Part shown: one piece after another, positions 6,719 to 13,577 of the stretch
How the letters are laid out: each line of letters begins with the position of its first letter
Position numbering within the stretch: position 1 is the stretch's first letter
Source: Bacillota bacterium
GTDB lineage: Bacteria; Bacillota; Limnochordia; Darwinibacteriales; Darwinibacteriaceae
Length of the DNA stretch: 30,603 bases
Direction: 5' to 3'
Assembly (NCBI GenBank): GCA_012799115.1
Contig: JAAZLY010000276.1
Coordinates: 1-30,603, forward strand
Translations under genes and position numbers: made by a program
The notes under the pieces: generated by a model
Databases searched by the model: none
What the model was told of the DNA's origin: nothing
The model's input: the letters and a program-made list of their open reading frames with translations, nothing else

Positions 6719-8926
6719 CTAGAACTTCACAGTCAAACCTGCGTTGTAGCCAAACGCGTTTTCGGCAGGCTCGGAGAAGGTCTGCTTCACGCTACCACCG
6801 AATGTGAGTTTAACATCTTCGGTGAAGCCATATCCAACGTCCACATTGTGGGTGAGAGTGGAAGGCTTGGTGTCCTCAGGCTGAGTTGTGAGGACAAAGG
6901 CGGCCTTGTAACCAAGATCAACCTTCGCTCCGCTCCAGTCAAGACCATAGCCTAGGTTGGCATTCAACTGCACTTGGTCATCGGTCTTGATGTGCTCAAC
7001 GTTTCTCCAACCTTTTGCTACATCGTTGTCAAGTATATTCTTTACGTAAGCAGCACTTGCACCATAGCTTAGACCGTAATCGGCCTTCTGCTCAATGGCC
7101 AATTTTGCCATGGCATGATGTCTAAATTCAGCCTTGTCATCACCGGTCTTGTTGCCAATGTAACTGGCAGACAATGTTACTGGTACAAAGAAGTCTTCAT
7201 AGGTTGCGGAAGCATCAGCTTTGAAAGCAAGTACGGTACCGACGTTATCGGTCTCTAATGCTCCACCTTCGTAGTAAGCACGAGCTGCGAGGTCAAATTT
7301 GAAACCAGCGAACTCAGGCTTAGCAGCTAGGCCACCTTCAACACCAAATTTTCTCTTAGCGTCAACAAGCTGATTTGTGACCTTGTATCCGGCCTCTTGA
7401 TAGATGAACTTACCATCAATGGTCACAGGTTCGAATGTGGTCTTAGCAGTTACAACTGCCAAATAGTTCTTTTCTTTAGCAGCGAAGTCCATAGCGAAGT
7501 CGCCAGTGTAAGTTACACCAACTACCTCACCAAAGAGACCAATACCAGCAGCGTAGTTCTTGAACATAGCACCAGCTGGTTTGTCAAGCTTTCCAGTAAG
7601 CTTAATGCCGATTTCGGGCATGAAAGCATACTTCAATGCTGCGGCAGCTGTCATATCTTCGTAATGTCCAGGTGTTGTCTGACCAGCAAAGAGGTCGAGG
7701 GTTAAGTCGTCAATAATGTCAACTCTAGCCAAACCACCAAATCCATACTTCGTTCCAGTGGACGGAATCGAGAGAACATATCCACTGAAATCATGGGAAC
7801 CAAAAACGCTGTTAGGAAGTTTACCAACAACAACGCGGCTCACTGGCGTTTCCGATTTGACTTCGACACGATACTGGCTAAACGCTGGCTTTAGACTCTC
7901 TGTAGCATCTAGACTGTAGCCTAGGATAGCTTTGACATCTGTTGTTTCAGAAGCCTTAATGTTGAGGTTGAGGTTACCACTCATTGTGGGAACGTAACCC
8001 TTATCCGCATCTTTTTCAGGAGCTTTGTACTCAGCCTTCATTGTTAGGTCACCAGAAATAACTGGAGCCTTCTCAAGTTGGGCAACAGAAGTCTTCAAGC
8101 CTGCTACGTCGTCTTTCAATACTCTTACATCTGAGTCTAGCTCATCAACCCATTCAACTAGGCCAATGATGAGGTCTCTGTTCTCTTGAACAGTGCGCTC
8201 TACTTCTGATACTTGTTGACGGATAAGAGCTTCAGCGATGAGCTCAACGTCTTGTCTTGTAAGTTCAGGAGTAGTGGAAACAACTCTCTCAACGATTGTT
8301 GTCTCTTTAACGCCGCTTGCTACATCCAATAGACTTTCTTGGATTCTAGCAGCAATCAAAGCTTCGATTTCATCCATGGAAGGTGCTTCTACGCCAGTGG
8401 CGTGTTGCTCTTCCAATAGATTCATGTCATAGCGAATGCCATCAATCAAACCGAGCATTCTAGCTTCGAGGTAAGCCATGTCGCCTTCCATTGCATCGAT
8501 GGCGATTTCATTGGCACGAATGCGAGCAAGTGCTTGCTCATCAATACGTTGCTCAATAACTTTGGTTTCAATGGTTTCTACTACTGGTTTGTCAGCAGCA
8601 GCCATTTTAGCTTCGATCTCAGCCATTAATTCAGCTTTAATCTTGTCAAGTTCTGGCAACAGATTGTTGGCAGCAATTTGACCTTCGAGACGATGCAATG
8701 CTCTGGCAAATACCATAGCAGCTTCGTAACGGGTCATCATTCTAGCACCACCGTATGTGCCATCAGGATATCCTTCAATTAAACCAGCAGCAGCCAATTC
8801 TGCAACAGAATCATATGCCCAGTGATCTGCAGGTACATCTGCAAATGGGCTGGCCAAGGCTGTGGTTGCTGCACTAGCCATCATAATTAGGACTAGTACT
8901 AAGGCAAGTCTCTTTTTCATGTTCAT
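6719..8926 (-). CDS. OmpM-like outer-membrane tether/porin: signal peptide, SLH domain, roughly 210-aa helical/coiled-coil stalk, and a large beta-barrel
   Basis: Signal peptide MNMKKRLALVLVLIMMASAATTALA|SP. Canonical SLH sequence FADVPADHWAYDSVAELAAAGLIEGYPDGTYGGARMMTRYEAAMVFARAL (about 8693..8848). Heptad-rich helical region at aa 79-286 (about 8069..8692). About 445 aa of alternating beta-strand sequence end in GLTVKF. The RBS is AAGGGGGA upstream of ATGAACATG. Confidence 0.85.
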   Translation of the reverse strand: MNMKKRLALVLVLIMMASAATTALASPFADVPADHWAYDSVAELAAAGLIEGYPDGTYGGARMMTRYEAAMVFARALHRLEGQIAANNLLPELDKIKAELMAEIEAKMAAADKPVVETIETKVIEQRIDEQALARIRANEIAIDAMEGDMAYLEARMLGLIDGIRYDMNLLEEQHATGVEAPSMDEIEALIAARIQESLLDVASGVKETTIVERVVSTTPELTRQDVELIAEALIRQQVSEVERTVQENRDLIIGLVEWVDELDSDVRVLKDDVAGLKTSVAQLEKAPVISGDLTMKAEYKAPEKDADKGYVPTMSGNLNLNIKASETTDVKAILGYSLDATESLKPAFSQYRVEVKSETPVSRVVVGKLPNSVFGSHDFSGYVLSIPSTGTKYGFGGLARVDIIDDLTLDLFAGQTTPGHYEDMTAAAALKYAFMPEIGIKLTGKLDKPAGAMFKNYAAGIGLFGEVVGVTYTGDFAMDFAAKEKNYLAVVTAKTTFEPVTIDGKFIYQEAGYKVTNQLVDAKRKFGVEGGLAAKPEFAGFKFDLAARAYYEGGALETDNVGTVLAFKADASATYEDFFVPVTLSASYIGNKTGDDKAEFRHHAMAKLAIEQKADYGLSYGASAAYVKNILDNDVAKGWRNVEHIKTDDQVQLNANLGYGLDWSGAKVDLGYKAAFVLTTQPEDTKPSTLTHNVDVGYGFTEDVKLTFGGSVKQTFSEPAENAFGYNAGLTVKF

Positions 8927-9216
8927 TTTCCCCCTTGGTTTAGGTTCGTTTTTGTTTGTATGTTGATGAAAAACTCTCTTGCCTGCCCTCCTTTGAGTCT
9001 CCTTGTTCCCTCATTCTCAAGCATTGCAAGAGTGCATCCACATTTCAGTATCCTCAGTTGGCGGAAACCGCGGGCACCTCCTTTCTGACCGTCCTAACCT
9101 ATAAGATACTGAAAATGATACCGTATTTGAGGATGATTCTCCATTAATAACCCAATTCCTGCTTGGAATTGATTATTTTTGGAAGATTCCTCTGGAAGGA
9201 TACTCCTCCCAAATAT

Positions 9217-9226
9217 ATTCTAGCAT
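9217..9226 (-). promoter_or_regulatory. Candidate extended -10 promoter element for the OmpM-like gene
   Basis: The minus strand reads ATGCTAGAAT, i.e. TGcTAGAAT against the extended -10 consensus TGnTATAAT. No good -35 is present. It would give a leader of about 285 nt. This is a sequence-only guess. Confidence 0.3.
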
Positions 9227-9307
9227 AGAACAAGGATGATTGCGATACAAATTTCCATATCTCGAGATAAATTCCTGCTACACCAAGTTTAGCATTTGTT
9301 GGAATTC

Positions 9308-10411
9308 TCAGTACACTATCTCCAGATCTAAGATCACCGGACTTGCAGATCGCCAAGTATCTTCAGCAACTACGAGGCGAATCTCCACAGGTTTATCAAT
9401 CCCAGTGGCTACGTTCATGGCACGCCGGAAATCATCTCCAGGCAATAGAATCGCGCCACTGCGGTCCCTACTCACGGACATACCCGCGTTTAACGCCGCC
9501 GAATTTGCCTCATTGAGAAGCTGCAAAATGGCCAAGTCGATATCCGTTCCACTGGTTGGACTCCATGTCGTTGCTGCCAAAATCGTGCCTTGGGAGAAAA
9601 CCATCTGATCGGGGTAGTTCTCCAAATAGACTAATACGGGTACACCAGGAATACTGTTTCCTTGACTTACCGCCCGCACAATTACATCTCCCGGGGCCAA
9701 AAGCACATCCTCCACTACAAAATCTAACACGCCAGCCTGCAGGAAGATCGCACGATAGCTGTCAGACTCCGACGCTCTAGCACTACGCCTGTATGCTTCA
9801 TCATCTACTTCTTTCAGGAAGTCTTCTAGACGTGCACGCACTCCTTCGCGTCCGAGGTTCTTATTGACCACCGTCGTCAAGATCACTTCGCTAGCGTTAA
9901 AAGCTATGTCAGCCATGCGCATTTGCCCGAAGGCTGTCTCTACTACATCATACCGTTCTAGCAGTTGATCAGCCTCTGCCCTTAAGACCATAACCTCATT
10001 CTCTAATGCGGCAGCTTGCTGTCTTAGGGCAACTACACTCGCTTCGGCCTCGGCTAGGTCGAGAATAATCTGCTTATAGCTCTCCTCAGCTTCCTGTAGA
10101 TCGCGCTGGGCAGCATCCCTTTGTCCCCGCATGAGAACATAGTCCCGCTGCAAACCCTGGAGTTCATCTTGAATCTCCTTCATACTGAAAAGGGCTGTTC
10201 GTACGTCGTGAGATGCAAAAGACAGTAGGCCAATGGAGGCCGCCGAAATCAATACGCCTGTGACGATGGTGACTACAATACTCGTATGTTTTGGGCGCAG
10301 ACCAAATAACGTCAGCTTTTTACGGCCGACCTTCATGCCAAGGCGATCCCCAATATAGGCGATGGCCCCGCCAACGATAACCAGTGTCAAGATAAGGGTT
10401 ATACCATACAT
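9308..10411 (-). CDS. Membrane protein with two N-terminal TM helices, a coiled coil and a C-terminal globular domain; it resembles what I recall as the DUF3084 family
   Basis: ORF 9308..10420 starts at GTG. I trimmed it to ATG 10411, with GAGAAGGTG about 9 nt upstream. The N-terminus MYGITLILTLVIVGGAIAYIGDRLGMKVGRKKLTLFGLRPKHTSIVVTIVTGVLISAASIGLL is followed by the coiled coil MKEIQDELQGLQRD...LRQQAAALENEVMVLRAEADQLLE. The start lies 18 nt after the lptB stop. Confidence 0.6.
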   Translation of the reverse strand: MYGITLILTLVIVGGAIAYIGDRLGMKVGRKKLTLFGLRPKHTSIVVTIVTGVLISAASIGLLSFASHDVRTALFSMKEIQDELQGLQRDYVLMRGQRDAAQRDLQEAEESYKQIILDLAEAEASVVALRQQAAALENEVMVLRAEADQLLERYDVVETAFGQMRMADIAFNASEVILTTVVNKNLGREGVRARLEDFLKEVDDEAYRRSARASESDSYRAIFLQAGVLDFVVEDVLLAPGDVIVRAVSQGNSIPGVPVLVYLENYPDQMVFSQGTILAATTWSPTSGTDIDLAILQLLNEANSAALNAGMSVSRDRSGAILLPGDDFRRAMNVATGIDKPVEIRLVVAEDTWRSASPVILDLEIVY

Positions 10412-10429
10412 GGCCTGCACACCTTCTCT

Positions 10430-11155
10430 CTAAAGCGAAAAATTCTGCCCCAAGTAATACTCCCTTGCTAGTGAATTGGCTGCCAGTTCCTCGGTGGAGC
10501 CAGAAACCAAGACCTCCCCTAAATGCATAATATAGGCTCGATCTGTGATACGTAGCGTTTCTCTTACATTGTGATCCGTGATGATGATGCCTAGATTCCG
10601 CGAACGGAGCCGAGCTACAATACTCTGAATCTCACCCACCGCAATGGGATCCACCCCAGCGAAGGGTTCATCTAGAAAGAGAAAAGATGGATCAAGGGCA
10701 AGCGCCCTGGCAATCTCAGTACGGCGCCGTTCGCCCCCCGAAAGATGATGACCATTTTGCTGCCTCACCTGGCTCAGGTTAAACTCCTCCAGGAGACCCT
10801 CCAGAACCTCTTCCTTCGCTCCGGGAGACAGTTCCTTGCGTACCTGCAAAACTGCCTTTAGGTTCTCTTCCACCGTCATCTTTCGAAAAACCGACGGTTC
10901 TTGCGGCAGGTAACCTAAACCTAGACGAGTACGCTTGTACATGGGCAATTCCGTAATGTCCTGCCCATCGAGGGAGATTGTGCCGGCGTTTGGCTTACCC
11001 AGCCCAACAATCAAACCGAATGTGGTTGTTTTACCGGCACCATTTGGCCCTAGAAGACCAACGATTTCGCCACGCCGCACCTCAAAATCGACATGTTTGA
11101 CGACAGTACGTTTTCCATATGTTTTTACAAGTTGTCTAGCGACTAGTTGACTCAT
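10430..11155 (-). CDS. lptB: LPS export ABC transporter ATP-binding protein LptB
   Basis: 241 aa. GEIVGLLGPNGAGKTTTF (Walker A), GLGYLPQEPSVFRKMTVEENL, LSGGERRRTEIARAL, and FLFLDEPFAGVDP closely parallel E. coli LptB motifs. The start overlaps the lpxB 3' end by 20 nt. Confidence 0.9.
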   Translation of the reverse strand: MSQLVARQLVKTYGKRTVVKHVDFEVRRGEIVGLLGPNGAGKTTTFGLIVGLGKPNAGTISLDGQDITELPMYKRTRLGLGYLPQEPSVFRKMTVEENLKAVLQVRKELSPGAKEEVLEGLLEEFNLSQVRQQNGHHLSGGERRRTEIARALALDPSFLFLDEPFAGVDPIAVGEIQSIVARLRSRNLGIIITDHNVRETLRITDRAYIMHLGEVLVSGSTEELAANSLAREYYLGQNFSL

Positions 11156-12302
11156 CTCGACTACACCTAGCCATTTCTACGACCAGATTCGCAGCCCGAT
11201 CCACCGAACCTGGTTCTCCTAACTCGTAACCCAAATTGGTGAACTCATCGAGCATACTCTGCCTGGCGTTAGCATCAAAAAGCAAGAGTTCTAGCGTCTC
11301 CGCCATCTTACTTGGAGAAACGTCTCTTTGGACGAATTCAGGTATTACATTCTTTCGCAAAATATTGTTGGTTATGGTCATAGTAGGCTTACGATCAAGT
11401 AATTTGTCTACAAGATATGTGCTTTGGGGAACCCGATAGACTGCAACGGACGGTACTCCCAATAGAGAAGCCTCCAAGGAACTTGTGCCTATCGAGGTCA
11501 CCGCTAGATCTGCAGCCCGCAAAACGTTATAGATATCCCTTTCCAAACGCACATTCTTGGCCGTACACCCCTTGACGATCTCATCAACAAGTGAACTGCG
11601 AATCGAGGGAGCCATGGAGACAATCACTTCCACATCATCATCATCATGTTGACGAGTCACTATATCCAAGGCCTTCAGGATATTCGGCAGTACACTCTTC
11701 ACCTCGATTTTTCGTGCCCCAGGCAAGACAGCGACCACCTTAGTCTCATCAGACTCGATGCCAAGCTTTGCCCTCGCTTCACCTGGAGTCGACAAGAAGT
11801 CTGCCAAGTCCATGAGGGGGTGCCCCACAAACTCACAATCAACACCTACTTCTTCACATTTAGCTGTCTCAAAGCGGCTGATGCTAGCGACTTTATCCAC
11901 AACTTTAGGGAAATCACTCACCCTAACACTGCCTAAGCCGCGGCTCAGAGGCGTATAGTAATACAAAACTGGGATCCCCTTAGCCCGAGCAATTTCCAGC
12001 AGTTTGTATCCGAATATGGGTAGGCCAATCTGCAGAACCAGGGTGGGTTCTTCCCTTTCCATAGCATCCACCACTAATTTCATCATCCGTTTAGCCACAG
12101 GAGAACCACGCATCGACATGAATATGCCTAGGCTTACCTGTTCCGAAATATCATAAAGCAGGCGTACCCCAGCATCATTCATGAGGGGTCCACCTACTCC
12201 AAACAGCGTTACGTATGGGCACTTTTCTAGGATCTTGCCGGCTAGGGCAGAGCCAAAGCGATCACTTGTATTGTCCCCGCCAAGAATCATAATCTTCTTC
12301 AT
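11136..12302 (-). CDS. lpxB: Lipid-A-disaccharide synthase LpxB (GT19), divergent
   Basis: 388 aa. MILGGDNTSDRFGSALAGKI corresponds to the E. coli GETSGDILGAGL region. Other matches are FVGHPLMD, AVLPGARKIEV, TSIGTSSLEASLLGVPSVAVYRV and NNILRKNVIPEFVQ. AAGGAGGA lies 7 nt upstream of the ATG. The gene starts 3 nt after the fabZ stop. Confidence 0.8.
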   Translation of the reverse strand: MKKIMILGGDNTSDRFGSALAGKILEKCPYVTLFGVGGPLMNDAGVRLLYDISEQVSLGIFMSMRGSPVAKRMMKLVVDAMEREEPTLVLQIGLPIFGYKLLEIARAKGIPVLYYYTPLSRGLGSVRVSDFPKVVDKVASISRFETAKCEEVGVDCEFVGHPLMDLADFLSTPGEARAKLGIESDETKVVAVLPGARKIEVKSVLPNILKALDIVTRQHDDDDVEVIVSMAPSIRSSLVDEIVKGCTAKNVRLERDIYNVLRAADLAVTSIGTSSLEASLLGVPSVAVYRVPQSTYLVDKLLDRKPTMTITNNILRKNVIPEFVQRDVSPSKMAETLELLLFDANARQSMLDEFTNLGYELGEPGSVDRAANLVVEMARCSRDESTSR

Positions 12303-12305
12303 CGC

Positions 12306-12737
12306 CTAGTCCTCCTTGGGCAGGAGGGCGAAGGTCAGATTGCCTTCTGCGACGACCTTGCCGTCCACTCTAGCCTCGGCCGCAATCTTTACAATTCCAG
12401 CCCGGACCGCTCGCACCGTAGCAGTGATCACTAACTGGTCTCCAGGCTTAACAACCTCCCGAAACCGAATCTTTTCTATGGCAGCGAGTAAGGGTAGTAT
12501 ACCTTCTTCAGGTGCTCCTCCGACAGCCAAGCCTCCCACCTGAGCCATGGCCTCCACGATCATGACCCCTGGCATCACAGGCGTCTGGGGATAATGACCC
12601 TGAAAAAAAGGCTCATTGATTGTGACATTCTTTATGGCCACAACCCGTTGCCCTTCTTCTCGCTCTAAGACTCGATCAACAAGCAAAAATGGATAGCGGT
12701 GGGGTAAGAGCCCCTGAATCTGATCAATGGACAGCAT
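12306..12737 (-). CDS. fabZ: 3-hydroxyacyl-ACP dehydratase FabZ
   Basis: ORF 12306..12767 trimmed to ATG 12737 (AAAAGGAGTG 6 nt upstream). LPHRYPFLLVDRV, EPFFQGHYPQTPVMPGVMIVEAMAQ. Confidence 0.92.
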   Translation of the reverse strand: MLSIDQIQGLLPHRYPFLLVDRVLEREEGQRVVAIKNVTINEPFFQGHYPQTPVMPGVMIVEAMAQVGGLAVGGAPEEGILPLLAAIEKIRFREVVKPGDQLVITATVRAVRAGIVKIAAEARVDGKVVAEGNLTFALLPKED

Positions 12738-12831
12738 GCCGCTCACTCCTTTTAGCCAAAAATCCATTTTCCTGCAAATAGAGCTTTCGGCAGAGAAAGC
12801 TCATTTCCTCCTTTTGGCCCCAATCGCCTCC

Positions 12832-13560
12832 TCAATGCGAAAGCAGTTTCCGATAAAGTTTGCCAATTTCTGAACGAGGATGCTCAAAGACCTCCCTTGG
12901 TTCACCCTCTTCCACCACTCGGCCCTTATCCATAAAGACAATACGCTCTGCCACTTTGCGGGCAAACGAAACCTCATGGGTTACGATCACCATCGTCGTC
13001 GCGGTGGAACGAACAAGTTCCTCCATCACCTCCAAGACCTCACCTACCAAGATGGGATCTAACGATGCTGTCGGCTCGTCCCATAACATGATTTCGGGAT
13101 TGGTCACCAGGGCTCTGGCAATGCCCACTCTTTGCTGCTGGCCTCCACTTAACTCATGTGGTCGGCGACCTTCGGCTGTCTCCAAGCCGACCTTGGCAAG
13201 GACGCTGAGACCCTTTTCCCTAGCTTCAGCACGATCCATGCCGTCTAGAACCAGATGAAAGATGACATTCTCCAGAACTGTTAAACGCCCGATAAGATTA
13301 AACTGTTGAAACACAAACCCCACATTACGCCTGAGCTGTTGCAGTTCCTTCCCTTCTAGTTGCATCACATCTTGTCCGCAAAGGAGAATCTTCCCGCTAT
13401 CGGGCTCAGTCAGACGATTAATGCAGCGAATGAGGGTAGACTTGCCGCAACCCGAAGGACCCATGATCACAACGGTCTCCCCCTTGCTCACCTTAAGATC
13501 CACACCATCAAGGGCCACGACTTTCCCGAAGGATTTGTGTAAATCACAAATTTCAAGCAT
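12832..13560 (-). CDS. ABC transporter ATP-binding protein of PhnC/GlnQ-like flavour, partner of the upstream 701-aa membrane protein
   Basis: 242 aa. Walker A GPSGCGKSTLIRCINRL, Q-loop GFVFQQFNL, signature LSGGQQQRVGIARAL, Walker B MLWDEPTASLDP, H-loop IVTHEVSFA. The start lies 17 nt after the stop of the membrane-protein gene. Confidence 0.88.
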   Translation of the reverse strand: MLEICDLHKSFGKVVALDGVDLKVSKGETVVIMGPSGCGKSTLIRCINRLTEPDSGKILLCGQDVMQLEGKELQQLRRNVGFVFQQFNLIGRLTVLENVIFHLVLDGMDRAEAREKGLSVLAKVGLETAEGRRPHELSGGQQQRVGIARALVTNPEIMLWDEPTASLDPILVGEVLEVMEELVRSTATTMVIVTHEVSFARKVAERIVFMDKGRVVEEGEPREVFEHPRSEIGKLYRKLLSH

Positions 13561-13577
13561 TCTGACACCACATCCCT

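Noticed and set aside
9017-9043. Tiny upstream ORF MWMHSCNA with GAGGA 7 nt upstream, inside the ompM leader.
   Set aside because: Eight-codon ORFs arise easily by chance, and I can see no conservation or attenuator logic from this single sequence. I mention it only as something to check if the leader is studied.
9153-9171. Hairpin CAATTCC-TGCTT-GGAATTG followed by ATTATTTTT on the plus strand, resembling a plus-strand terminator.
   Set aside because: No plus-strand gene exists to terminate. On the minus strand it lacks a U tract. I kept it only as a possible 5'-UTR stem-loop in the ompM leader finding.
9258-9269. Perfect 12-bp palindrome TATCTCGAGATA downstream of the DUF3084-like stop; a possible operator.
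   Set aside because: About seven perfect 12-bp palindromes are expected by chance in 30 kb (one per 4096 positions). It has no second copy or flanking symmetry, and no regulator gene lies nearby.
9144-9356. 70-aa minus-strand ORF in the ompM upstream region; also the 63-aa plus-strand ORF at 8956..9147.
   Set aside because: The 70-aa ORF overlaps the 3' end of the DUF3084-like gene out of frame. Neither has a RBS, and their composition is not protein-like. The region reads better as a leader or promoter.
12781-12802. 8-bp hairpin GAGCTTTC/GAAAGCTC between the ABC ATPase gene and fabZ; a possible terminator or attenuator.
   Set aside because: The stem is short and only TATTT follows on the transcribed strand, so there is insufficient evidence for termination.
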